Assembly (NCBI RefSeq): GCF_000143415.4
Contig: NW_003314351.1
Span: 121,490 to 185,489 of the forward strand
Source of the DNA: Selaginella moellendorffii
Taxonomy: Eukaryota > Plantae > Lycopodiophyta
Direction: 5' to 3'
DNA: 64,000 nucleotides
The notes below the pieces were generated by a model, which did no database searches, was not told the DNA's origin, and worked only from the letters and a program-made list of their open reading frames with translations. Numbering within the stretch: the stretch's first letter is position 1; each line of letters begins with the position of its first letter. Position numbers and translations under genes: made by a program. Below, piece by piece: positions 1 through 12,704 of this stretch.

Positions 1-1153
1 GTCAAAGTGTTAGATCCACTCAAAAGATGCTGCACAACTTTGCAAGTTTATCAACTATGAGCATGAAGTTTCCCAGCTCCAAATTGATGTTGTTATTATG
101 GCTTTGCTGCATGTTCTCACCATCGACCCCCTCTAGAACTCGTTTTTTGTTATGATTAGCAAAAACAATATTGCTCATATTTACAATATTAGTTCTTGTA
201 TGAGACAAGAACACCAAGGTATGAGCCAAGAACCCATCCCCTTGCAGCAATAGGCGATTATTCTTGGATCCCAAGAAATACAAAAGAGAAGAAGGTAAGG
301 CAAAATCTCTCTCTCTCTCTCTCTTTTTTTGATGGATAAAGCAAATAAACCTACACCTTTTGCAAGTGTTGTAACATTTTTCAAGATGTAACTAATGAGA
401 TGAAGAAATCGCAAATGCTAAGACAAGGTTGGAGGCTATGAGAAGAAACAAAAAAGTCTAACAGCTGTTGGGAAAATGTATATCCACTGGGGTATTCACA
501 CAATCCTATTTGGAGCCATGCACTGGTATTGACCTAGAATATCACAAAGGCAAACTGATTAAGAAGAATGGATTGAACCCTAAATTGCAAAAAACCCTAA
601 ACTTATTTTTGATCTCAAAAAATCCAAATTTTCTAGTCGAGAGGCACATGTTCCTATTGGGAAGTATAAAGCAACATAAAAGGAATGTGGTATGTTCTAT
701 TAAATTTGGAATATACCAATCTATTATTTTTTACTCAAAGTTAGGGAAATCCAATAGCAGTACTAAACTCAAACACAAACAACAAATTTTTGGGTGTTTT
801 TTGGCTTCTTATGGTGTGGTGTCATAGGCAATGCAATTTTCTCAACTCAAAATTAATGAGCTTTAACTCTTCAGATTTTATATGACATATATAAAATCAT
901 TATATTAATTAGAAAGTTAGCCAACAGAAGTTAATATTATTTGGTTACACACTCTAAGGTTTGGAAATTAATCTAGTCAAGACATATAGCTTAGTCCATA
1001 TCAATCCTAAACATATATATAAGTACAATGTACAAGTATGAACATAATACAAGTAATGAATGTGACTCTAGAAGTAAATACAGAAAGGAAATATATGTGT
1101 AAATACTATATTTTATGATAAAATAAATGAAAATCAGTGAAAAAATTTTATGT

Positions 1154-1651
1154 TTAACAAATATTTTTGTTTACATTTGAGAAATGTGGAGTACAACTTG
1201 TCCAACCTGGACATACACTATAAATGCTATGTTGTAAATTAGTATATTTTATATTGTTATAATTTAGTAATAAATCAGTACGAGGAGGTCCTGTAGAATA
1301 TATTGCTATATGTAATAACCCATTATCTAATTGCACAAATCCTCCATAATTAGAAGGAGTTACACATTCATTTAATATGATATTATAGGCCTCTACTATA
1401 TCATCTAGAATCCTTGGGTAATATGATTGATTAACAATAGTTATAATTATATTGTTGTCAAGATGAAATTCATTGTAACCTGTATTATTTTGACGCACAA
1501 ATTCTAAAAGGTCATATTTATATTCACAAACATGTTGCTGATTATAGAATGGATTAATTTGAGCATGACAACCTTTTATATATGTAGAACTCATTCCAAA
1601 TATTTTATTAAGCAATAAAGAAATCACTATTAGGAAAAGTTTTGTTATCAT
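1154..1651 (-). CDS. Small secreted Cys-containing protein of unknown function (165 aa, intronless, AT-rich)
   Basis: Intact ORF in very AT-rich DNA with a hydrophobic N-terminal signal peptide (MITKLFLIVISLLLNKIFG) and 6 Cys. A paralog at 15150-15402 keeps the frame and the Cys residues. Confidence 0.75.
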   Translation of the reverse strand: MITKLFLIVISLLLNKIFGMSSTYIKGCHAQINPFYNQQHVCEYKYDLLEFVRQNNTGYNEFHLDNNIIITIVNQSYYPRILDDIVEAYNIILNECVTPSNYGGFVQLDNGLLHIAIYSTGPPRTDLLLNYNNIKYTNLQHSIYSVCPGWTSCTPHFSNVNKNIC

Positions 1652-4600
1652 TTTTTAAAGAACTAGGTTATTTGCAATCATTATAAATAAAAGGTAAAAA
1701 GAAGCAATATAAATTGCCACTTGGAGCAATACTTAATTCTCATCTAGATTAAAATACAGACAAATTTTGCTTTAATTGTGAGAATTTATAATTATGGCTT
1801 AAATGGGACAACTAACTAGAATCCAATGATAGTGAGACATCTTGAAGCTGATTGAATAGATCATCAAAACAGCTTATTATAATGTATTAATCTCATGCTT
1901 TTTGGTGGGCACCACAAGACCTTGTTAATAGTTACTGAACTAGCACTTGCCTAGCATATGCTATCTTGTTTACAAATATTGTTTTGAATGTTAGGTCTAA
2001 TGAACAAATAAAACAGCTTGCTAATAGGACAACATTCTTGATCAAGAATTTGTTTTAGTGCTACAAACAATGCATGGAGGATTTAATATAAAACCTCCTT
2101 ATATACTATATTGATAGTGAAAGTAGGATACAAAGGGAATAACTGTCCTTGGAGTGATGTGTTCTGTACTTTAATGCTTAATCCTGTTGGTGATGTGCCA
2201 TATAAAGTTGGCCATAGGTGAAAACTGAATATAGCAAGTGTATTCTAACTCGGTCTTGACATTTAGAGATTGTAAGGCAATATCCTAAATGCATTAGAAA
2301 TTGTCTTTTAGACATTTTAAATGGAATTTCTGTGTCCAAAGGTGTGAGTGTGATTCAAGGGATGAAAGCTCATATACCTTTGAATTGGCCTAATACAATT
2401 TCACAATCTAGAACTATTGGTAAGGCATGTTTAAGTATGAGGTGTGTACCATTACATAGTTCAGTCGATGGACATATATTCCTTAATAAAATAAGGATAA
2501 TACCTTCTTTAAGCAAGAGTTTATGTGGTGGAAGACCAAAAGGAGTAATGGAATTTAAGAATTCAACTGGAAAATCTTCTGGGTGTTTAGTATCAACAAA
2601 GTCAACACTTTTATAAATATGTATATCACTAGGTACGGAAGAGACTATAGCATTATTAATAGGAAAATTATCATCATTAAGTGGGTAAGTATGATTTTAT
2701 TAGATGCAATGTAGGGGTCTGAAATATCCTGTAGAGATGGGAAAATAAAATCAACAACAGAGGACATTATTACTTGTGTGTAAAGTAATACAATAGATTC
2801 TGAAAAAAAATTGGATAAATTCACGTAATTATTACTATTTCTAATTTGAAGAAGCTCATTAGCCCATAAAGAGTTGTTTTTAATTAGTCTCATATTTCTT
2901 TTTAGTGGAAGTGTTCTAAAAAATTTCCATAACCTATTCATTTTTATTGAATTTGAAACAATTTGTGCTCAATGACCATGTGGAATAATTAGTAGTGTTT
3001 GTCCAAAGTCACCACTTGTAATAATAACAATTCCTCCAAAAGGTAATTCATTTTTTTTATATCTTGCAATGCTAAATTAATGGCAGAAAATGCATGTGTG
3101 TGAACCATACTAATTTCATCCCATATTAACACATGTGTATTTTTAATTTTCTGCCCTGTTTCACTATTAGTTGTAATAGTAGAAGTAGAAATTTCATTTA
3201 TTGGAACAGGAAGTTTAAAAGTCATATACAATGTTTGACCATTATGCAATAAAGTTCTTGCAATACCTGTCTAAGTTATATTAATTACATTTTTTTTTTA
3301 GAAGTTGAAATGTATATATAAGAGTGTTTAGTAGAAAAGTTTTACTAGTACCACTAGGACCATCAATGAAAATATATTGATTTTGCTCAGTTGAGTTGTT
3401 AATTGCGTTGAGGATATCATTATATATATTTTGTTATTCATCATTAAACTGAAGTAAATTTTGTTTTATAGAATGAATGAATTGTATCAAATTAATTTGA
3501 TTATTTGCATCAAATTTATATAAGATAAAGGCAATTCATAGTCTTGATTGGATTTTCTATATAGATTGAATTTCCTATTTATATCATGTAAAGCACACTC
3601 ATAACAAAATAATGGATCTGTTAGCATAAAATCTTTAGAAAAAGAGTTTTTAAATTTTTCCCACAACAAATAAGGATTTTTTGGACTACAAAAGAAAAAA
3701 CAAATAGTTGTCTTAATTGTGGTGGCATTTTGAAAGAGCAAGCATCTTCTAAACATTTTTCCCATTTTGTATCGTCTACTAGAAGTTTTATAGCAGATGC
3801 AGTAAACTGAAATATTTCAAAATAAGTACTATGAGCTGTTTTTAGATCATTAAAAGAAGTAGCCCCTCTTTTATAAAGCAATATCATACGTAAATAATAT
3901 AGTTTAGTATTAGATGGGGAAACAAAATACATTTGTGAGATAATATTTCATTGATATCTAATCTGCTATTGGTGAGTGCATTTATTATATGTATAATGTA
4001 GAAGAATTTTAGAATACATATATTATCTTATATTTGGATCATGTCTATTTAATTCAAACTATTTTGTTAATATAATACCATTTTGAGTAGCTCTTTGAAG
4101 TTCAATTTGCTCATTACCTTCGATGAAATAGACATTTTGAAAATTTTCTAGATGAACAAGAAGATGGATTATAGATGTTGAATGGCCATACATTTTACAT
4201 TGGAAAAGTCTCTATATAGCTTCTAGAGCAGAAACATAATGAGTATTTAAAAAACTTAAAATTTCATCCTAGTTTAAATTATTATCATATTGTTAAGTTG
4301 TTGAATGGATTTCAATAGTGGCACAGTCATAGCATTTATAAATATATTGAAATAAATATTTAATACTTTTTATAGTTGCATATATTTCAAATTTTATATG
4401 AGCCTTATATTTTTTAAAAAGGTACTTATTATAAGGTACAACCCAATGGTTATCCATATGATAACCATTTTTAAAAACTATATGTTTATTGTCTGGTCTA
4501 TAATAATCTGGATATCCATTAATTGAAAATGTTATTTCATAATTAAATTTTTTTGGAAAACCTTTCGAGCAAGAACTATTTTCTATACAAGGACTATTAG

Positions 4601-5036
4601 GATAAAAAAGTCCACACAGTCCATGCATCATATGCAATGTAACTATTTTAAAGAGTTCAAGCTCGTCACAAGGATCTGGTAATGCAGCCATGATATATTG
4701 ATTAATTGCATCATGGTCTCTAATTTTATTTTCATGGGCTAGAATTCCTAGAAAATGACAATGTGGGAGACCTCTTTTTTGGAACTCAATTATGTATATA
4801 TATACTATACATTTTCCAAATACATGTCTTTTTGTTATGTTTTTCAAAATTTCTTTAAGTTTAATATGGAAAACTCTAGAGACTAAATCAAGACGGTCTT
4901 CAGGACCTTAATTTGAATGTAATTTTTCTATAATTTCTGGCCATTTAGGGTTGCAAATGAAAGTATTTGATTTTGAGTAATGAGCAACAATTGCCATTGC
5001 ATCTTGATAATTTTGTTGCATTGCTCTAAGTCCACC

Positions 5037-5219
5037 CAGAAGATGGTGTAAGGCATGCCCTTTAAAGGGATCAAAAGAGGCAAGTACTCACAAGTGATTG
5101 TAGACACCGATGGACAGATGGTTCCAGATTCCACAATAGCAACAACATGAGCCATCAAACTTGTGAGCAACTCCCTTCTCAAAACTCACCCCTTGGCATC
5201 TGGAGTTTCTCTTTTTAGG
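5037..5219. mobile_element. 183-bp insertion in the Helitron Rep region flanked by a 3-bp direct repeat (ACC)
   Basis: Removing the insert and one ACC restores the Helitron motif ILPSTF-GG-LRAMQQNYQDAMAI in frame. ACC lies at 5034-5036 and 5220-5222. Confidence 0.65.
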
Positions 5220-5767
5220 ACCAAAAGTTGAAGGTAGTATAATAATTTTACCAAGGTTTATATTTTTATTTGAAGCATGATTTGCAACATAATCCATAAG
5301 AGTAGTATACATTTCTACTCATAATTGTTTTTGGTAGGTACAATAGTAATATAAGTTATTACTCCTAACTTTAACATAAGCATCAACAATGTATTGTTGA
5401 GTAAGTTTGCCAGCATGTAAGATTTGGTAAAAACCTAATTGTAGTGTGTCTTTTTTAGATAAGTGATATGCATAATATAGAAATAATGTAGTTTGACATT
5501 GTCATGTGTTTAAAATATTTGCATGCCATCCTTTATCACCAAAAGGAAATATCAAAGGATAAACTATAGGATCACAATTAATATCAAGCATTGAAATCTT
5601 TTTAGAATGATTTGCCATAGGATATATACAAAGTTCACATCCATGTAGGGGTTCTCCATTCTCACTAACAAAAACAACAGCAACATCATTTATTTGTGGT
5701 ATATTATAATGTCAATTATCAATTCCTTCATTCCTTAGTAATATATAAATATCATATAAAGGATGAG

Positions 5768-5972
5768 TGTTGCGAATGTGACTTCAGGTATCGAAAGATA
5801 CCTGTCGGCTAATCCTTTCAGATATTCTTTCTTTATTGCCACAACGGCAAGAGGTCAATATTGTTATACCCGTTATTAATTTTCACTTGAGTTAGTTGAG
5901 AAATTAGTCAATGACTATCCGAAAGGACTAGCCAACATGTAACTTTCAATACCCGAAGTCACATTCGCAACA
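5768..5972. mobile_element. MITE-like element with ~57-bp terminal inverted repeats (TGT...ACA) inserted in the Helitron
   Basis: The left end tgttgcgaatgtgacttcaggtatcgaaagatacctgtcggctaatcctttcagata matches the reverse complement of the right end with a few mismatches. It interrupts RepHel coding remnants. Confidence 0.85.
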
Positions 5973-7899
5973 TAATAGCCTGTAATTGCTACTTCATGAA
6001 GTTCTTTTATTCCATTTCATACATCATTTTGTAAGCCTATGCATATAGATTAATATGACAAAGGAGTGTATCAAGATGTAATAGTAAATCTTGTTCGCAA
6101 CTTGTATTAAATGGGTTTTAATGCTTTTTATTTGTGGCTTCTTGTGTATCTAGTATATAAAGTTGCCTATAAGATGGACTCTAATCACCAAATGAATGTG
6201 ATAACATAACACTATGGTAAATCTGCCCATGAATTCTAAAGAAATAAAGACCGTTACCCCTTAAAGTGTCAATGTTAGCACCCATTGATGCAAATGCAAG
6301 GGCCCTATTATAGTGTCTAATATTAATTCTGAAATTATAGTTTTTGTTTTGCTTGTAAAGCGTAAGTAAAGCATTTGGCAAAGGTAATATAGGTGGCAAT
6401 ATCACTTGACCATGTTAACAACACATAGCAATGTTCTCATCCTTAAAATGTGATGCATTACAAAAAACACAAATGGATGATAAAAAACCAATTTCAAAAG
6501 TTGAAATTTGTGAATCTTTGTAAATAGTATGACTTGCTAGCATGGTTTGTGAAGGTGGAGATGGTGTAGTGGATATTGCTTGATGTGTATATATTTCATT
6601 TTAATCTGAAGTAATTTGAAGAGGCTTAGGGTGTTTATCAGAATTGTTAGTATTGAAATTCTTATCAAAATGTATAGTTCTAAGAAGATGATGAAGGCGA
6701 GGCATAATTTAAAATTTTCAAGTATAAAGCTAGAAAACTATAGCTTATGCAAGTTCGTGTTTTTAAACAAACTTAAATTTGCAAGAGAAATATGAAATAG
6801 TATTTAATATGTGGTGGAGTTAAGGATATAAACAAACATGAACTTGTTGTGTGCTTGCTTCTGTGTGCTTGTCTAGGGTTTTCCAATTACTTGCCGAAGA
6901 AGGGTGTGCCACGAACTAAGAAGAAAAACTGACCTTTTGTTGCAAGCTGTTGTGATTCTTGGTGCCCTCAAGCCTAAAACCTAATCGTGAGATTTAGGGT
7001 TATGTGAAGCAAGAGCTAAAAAAGTGTGTTGTGCCAAATACAGATTGGATTTGGCCCATTTGGGTGATTGGGATTTCCACAGCATCGCAAGGTGTCGAGA
7101 TTTGTCCCCACCTTAGCTACAGCAGTAGTGGTGTTAGATCGGTCATCACCATAACTCAAGAATCTCCACAGAGAGACAATCACAATGGAGCTGATCAAAG
7201 GCATGGAAATTGTGATTGGCGGTGATGGATTGACCATAAGAGCACCATGGATTTCAATCCCCCTCTAGTCACCTAGAGATCTAGTGACGAAGGTTTCCTT
7301 GCAGTCTGTTCTAGATTTTTGAGAGGATCAAGCACTCCACTAGCAGCAGCAGTAGCAGCACAGGATCGAGCAAGGTGCACAGGCAAAGGGAAAAACTGAG
7401 TCTATAGTTGTACACTAGGTACCTCTTCTCTAGCTTCCTTACACTTTAGTTTGATGTCGTCAAGTGTAAGAATGCATTTCAGCTACATTTGGGAATGATG
7501 TTTCATCTACATGCATAGTTTAAATGGGGGCTTAGATCACTTCTATAATCTGCGTTGAGGCAAGGCTGTGTAAAATTTTTGTCGCTGTTTTAACTACAAT
7601 TGTCTTCTACTGTTATGACGGCGTGTCTATATCAATCTATCAGAAAATTCTTGCATATGGTGGAGAGGTACATCATGTGAGTTCATGTGCTTTTCTAACT
7701 TCATGTGAACTGTTGGACATATCAAGATGTCTTTTATGGGTCCAACAATGGCATGGGAACTAGCCCTCGTAAAAACCGTCAAAATACAAGAGGAGTTTAT
7801 AACGCTTTCGAGTTTCCAAAAAACGTGAGAGTTTCGTGGGATTTCTAGTATGATGAGACTTCTTTGCATTGTAGGTTTTGGACTCTTATTCCGAAGATT

Positions 7900-8523
7900 C
7901 TGAAGAAAACTATACTGAGGCCAGTTCCCTTCGCTAAAGGACTTGTTAAATCACTCGGGTAAGCTTTTCTTTGTTGCTGTCAATTGAACTCCGATGCTAA
8001 TGCTTGCAAAAGTCATAAGACTATGATTAAAACCAGCACTATGGAGTCTTTTTCCAAATTGAAGAATGGTGAAGATTTTGGGGTATATCTTTCTTGATGT
8101 ATACTAGTAGTTCAGAATGCATGTTTTGTCAATAGGTGTATAGCCATTTCATCCCTGAAAACCCTCAAGCAATCTCTATTTATTGTGGTAGCCATATTTG
8201 CAAAAAGTTTAAGGTCGAGAAACAAATGTGAGATTGGTTGGTGTCACCATTGCAAGAACAAACAAACATTTTTTCAAACTTTATGGGTCCATGGCAAATT
8301 TTATCTAGATATTCACCACCCCCAAGATATTTGCATGGAGGACACTTATATAGACCAAGCATATGGTTTCACTCTTGCCCAGTTTCTAAGAATATTCACT
8401 TCTACTCGAATGTCTGGGGTAATAAAACTTTTAGAGACAAAGAAGCTAGCAACAGGCCATTTCTTATTCTTGACTGGTGCCAATCAAAGCTCGCCAAAAG
8501 TTATTGTGTTCAAGGCTGATTAA
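7900..8523 (+). pseudogene. RPA70-like C-terminal OB/Zn-ribbon remnant (Helitron-associated)
   Basis: Frameshifted YCGSHICKK ... GWCHHCKNK Cys cluster typical of the RPA1 C-terminal domain, next to RepHel. Confidence 0.45.
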
Positions 8524-9454
8524 AGTACTGTGCACTTTCATTTCATGTTCTAATATGCTTTTGTTTTCTATTTGTACAATATATTGTTTATAAGCTTGTT
8601 ATGTAGTTGTATGTGGGATCCATTGTATTATTACAACCTCAAAGTCTCTTGCAAGACTCTCTACCGAAGCAAACATCCTTATCATCTTAGTGACTTCTTT
8701 AAAATGTAGGAACATTGCAACTTAGTCGATCATAGATGATAATTCTAGACTATAGACATTGTAGCTTTTAAATTCAAAATTGTGTGGTATACAATTTAAC
8801 TTGATGGCTACACCATTTCTAACAGTACCTATGCCTTTGCCGAACTAGCTGAAGAACAAATATATATCTTGCCTACAAGCTGTTGACCTCAAGCTTGGGA
8901 GCTTTGTCGCTCATTTCTTTGTCACTTGAACTGAGTGGACAATTCTACATAGTACAAATATAAGGGATTGTTAAAATGAATTGAAATATGCATTTATCTT
9001 CAATAAATTTCACAATGCCTAGTGTAAAGGCTACTCCTCCAACTTGTAAGGTGACTAAGTCATGCTCAATTAGAAAAAAAAAAGAAAGGCTTACCAGAAA
9101 GATACATGACAGAAACTTCATCTTGAAGTACTACATACAACTAGATGGCTCTCAATAATCACTAATGCAACTGACACATTAGGAATGTCCCTAAGATTTG
9201 ATAAATGATAGTATACCTGACTTTCTCTATAAACAAGATCATTCATGAGGAGGCATGGATATACTTTAAATAAACCAAGCCTGTACACAAATAGGTTGCT
9301 TCCAAATGCTTCCTTTCTATACAATATGCATGTGTTCATATTGCGGATCTATAGCTTCATTCAAGTGGTGAGCCACTTCTTATATATGTATTATCTCAGT
9401 ACGGCAGTTATGATTTCCAACATGAGGTCCACTAAACAAGTATAGCATCAATAT

Positions 9455-9882
9455 CAAGGTTCCTTAATATCGATTTCACTGACAGCTACGGCATACACCT
9501 TGCGACAACTTCGATGGCAACCAATGTTGTTGATAAATACAGCCACCTTTTCAAGCCATCTAACTGGCTATGTATTCAACACTACAAGGTTAGAGATAAG
9601 AATCTGAAATATTATTTAGGGCTCCATCATCTTTCGGTAAATATTTCTACAACCACACATGTTCGAGCATGGCCAGAGAAGGCTCCTCTAGTGCTTGATT
9701 TTGTCAAACCATCAAACATTGTTACACTGAGTCAGTTTGTAGGGGATGCTTCTACTTATACTTCTACAACAGTTGCTGCGGCAATCACTGGTGTAGATCA
9801 AACGCCTAACACTACAAACATCATATTCATTGTTGATGATCCTAAAATTGAAAACACCTATAAAGTATTTATAATATTCTGA
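9455..9882 (+). pseudogene. RPA1/DUF223-like OB-fold remnant (Helitron-associated ssDNA-binding protein)
   Basis: RFLNIDFTDSYGIHLATTSMATNVVDKYSHLFKPSNWLCIQHYKV...H..VNISTTTHV fits the D..G..I.AT....V.KF..L....W..I..F.V pattern of plant Helitron RPA-like proteins. Confidence 0.6.
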
Positions 9883-10779
9883 TTGGATTTTGGGTGAACT
9901 TCAAAAGTAGGTGCATGTGCTGGATGATATGGACCATGTCTATCATAAGCTCAAATCATCATAGTTTGCTAGGGATATGCCAAGCCATACTTTCTACAAT
10001 CTCCAAGGAACTAAAGATAAAAATGTGTTCAGGATTGCACCCTTAACTATTGCTTTGAAAATTCCTGACAATACACCTTGGGACCACATATAGAAGCAGT
10101 TGCACTCTGTCTCATTCATATATAGAAAGAACTTCTATTTCCTTAGAGGAAGCAATCAAATTCCATATGCCAGGGCCTCTTATAATCCCACGGGGCACTT
10201 GGTTGGAAGCTTGTGTCTAAACACTTGGATCTAGCCACAGAGAAGGTTTAACAAGCAAAAAAGCCAAGTGCTAGTACTTGCTAAAATAGCAAAGGGACTT
10301 TGAAAATGTAATGGCTGTTTGAAGTCTTCTTGTACACCTATTCCTCAAGCTATAAAGCACTGTATTAGAATAGACTAAGTACCTAAAGCACTAAGCTGTG
10401 TAAGGTGCTCATATCCTAGAAAGAAAAGTGATTAGATTCTACTTTATCAAGATAAACACAAACCTGGTTCACTGCTCTCTCCACCCATCTTTACATCACC
10501 TAAAAGTTGTTGCTACTACAAAAAAATATCATCTGGTAATGACTGGTAATTGTAATCTACATGGTCTTGAGACCCTATATTAGAATTGCTAGCTACTGTG
10601 CCATCGGAGAGAGAGATCCTCAATGAAGCAATTGATTAACTTTGGGTTAATCACAACTGTTGGCCCAAAGGCCTGCTTAATTTTTGCCATGTCATTATAT
10701 GCAAAACTTGCAATAGCTTTTTCGCTTGACAAGACAGGTGATAGACGCAGTCATAATCAATACATTTGCATATAACACA

Positions 10780-12520
10780 TGTCACGGCGCCTTCTTCTCC
10801 TGCCCCATGCAGTTTGGCCACCTCCCATTGGCTGGGAGCAAACATCAGCACTTCCTCCTTATTATAGGAGGACTTCTTGAAGAGCATGTTCTTGAGAGTT
10901 TGAGTAGTTGAGGGGCAATTTTTTGCTGCTGGATGCATCAGAGACTTGATCAAGCTCTGGAATGCAAGAGAGAATCCAGGAAGAAGAGCGAGCTTTCCCT
11001 AGCAAATGGCTTGATACTGCCTTCCAGACACTGGTGGTAATGAGTATCTTGCGAGCTCGTAGAATGTCACCCCCAGGGAAAACATGTCGGCTTTGTCAAG
11101 GTGGCTGTGATCATCGTTGATGAGCTCCATTGGGAGATATCTCAAGTCGCCATCCTCAATGGAAATGGTTCCATCAATTTGATTGGTGAGGCCTAAGTCA
11201 CCAATCTTGTAGATACGATTGCAGATGTAGATCTTGTTAGGGCTTCACATCCAAGTGAGTGAGGCCATGCGAGTGTTAAGTGCTTCAAAGCATTTAAGAG
11301 CTGTCATGCATGACAAACTAAGAAAAGAACACAATTGAGCTGCTTACTTGAAACATTGCCTCGGTCAGCTTCTTTTCCATGAATGTCCATCTCATCTTGT
11401 AGATTTATTTCACACAGCTTCATTTGGATATACAAAAAGTCATTCTCGGACCATGAAGAGAAGTAGCGCACTACGTTTTCATGGTAGCCTGGAAGCTCAA
11501 TAAATTTTAAGGAAGCCAATGGTAATATTGAAAGAAAAAAGCCAACTCACCAAGACACGAAAGTGCTTGAACTTCTCTCAGTGCTTTCCTCTTGTAAAGA
11601 GAAAAATTTGCCAAATCAATACTATAGTCTCTCGAATATAGTGATGAACTGATCTCCCTCATTTAGCAGACGCCGATTGGAATGCTTTACAGCATAAAGG
11701 CAGCCGTCAAGTCTTTTGAGAACTTTATAAACATAGCTAAAATCGCCTCATCCTATTTCCTGACAGTGGAGTAAGAATGAAGATCATAAAAATTCTATGC
11801 ACCACAAATACCTTGATTTGATAGAACTCCTCATAGTAACGCAATGAAGAGCCAAAAGTGGAGACACATCCTGTATAAGAATACCAAAGTTATGAAAGAA
11901 AAATGAAAAATAACAACATACCCTGCCTAACTCTCTCAGGAAACACATCAGTGTTAAAAAAAGGGTTCCGGAAGCATGGTGAGGACATGACGTGCTGTCA
12001 GAGACAATGTCTTTGCATTCTCTGCTTCTTGGTTCAAATATTCATCTAGGAAAAGAAGAACAAAACGAAAAAAAGCCAAGTGTTTAAGATTGTCAAAGCA
12101 AAGCTAGACATACCACTTCTTGGTCTTTTGCTCTGTAGAGGCATCAGACCCATAGGGAATAGCTTTGAGATTTGAGCATCATGGTCTCGTTGCCAGTATT
12201 TCTCCTGCAGAAAGAAAAACCAAAAAAGAAAACTGTTAAGTTTGAGAGCATAAGCTAATAAGGGATAGAGAAGAGATGGTTGCTTAAGATTCTTGGAATA
12301 AGAATTACATGATGCATTAAGAGTAGATTCTTTGAATATACACTTGCAGTTAAAGGCTAGCATTCATTGCACAGACCTACAAGTGACAAGGAAATCAATT
12401 TGCATCCAATCCCTTCAGCTGGGCACCAAATAATCCTTAAAAACATGTAATAATTTACTGATTCATTCATATTCTGTTTAAATGGTCTTGTGGCATCTCC
12501 CAAGAAGCATGAGACCAAGG
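10780..12520 (-). pseudogene. WEE1: WEE1 kinase pseudogene (intron-containing, multiple stops)
   Basis: Motifs include VMSSPCFRNP, RYYEEF, IG*GDFSYVYKVLKRLDGCLYAVKHS (premature TGA in the G-loop), GYHENVVRYFSSWSENDFLYIQMKLC, YKIGDLG, EDGDLRYLPMELINDDHSHLDKADMFSLG and GKLALLPGFSLAFQSLIKSLMHP. Boundaries approximate. Confidence 0.88.
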
Positions 12521-12704
12521 ATTTAAATAAGCTGCACACATGACTGTCTCTGAATTAAAACACATCAATTGCAAAACTCTTATAAAGCAAGATAGAGCAT
12601 CTTCAGAGGGAAAAGAAAAATTTGCCATGAAAAACATTAGGGAGAATGATGGCTTATCAAAAGTACTTTTGCAAAGGACTCTCATGCAGGCAATGATCCT
12701 CTAC

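Larger units (their letters stand above)
1940..6705 (-). mobile_element. Degenerate autonomous Helitron (RepHel pseudogene 6705->2083; putative 3' end hairpin + CTAG at ~1940-1963)
   Basis: Broken frames carry the N-terminal C..C.A..F..E...CC..G..ILP and FASMG/FRIHGQIYH blocks, HUH Rep motifs (IIEFQKRGLPHCH, YLFQYIYK), and PIF1 motifs (DGPSGTSKTF, LIWDEISM, RQF..LGYCLTISK, FTYGQLY, terminal NIVYKEVL). The minus strand ends TAGCATATGCTA-GGCAAGTG-CTAG|T. Many stops and frameshifts. Confidence 0.92.

Noticed and set aside
1-830. Short ORFs at the window start
   Set aside because: Possibly a decayed gene fragment, but no motif could be assigned.
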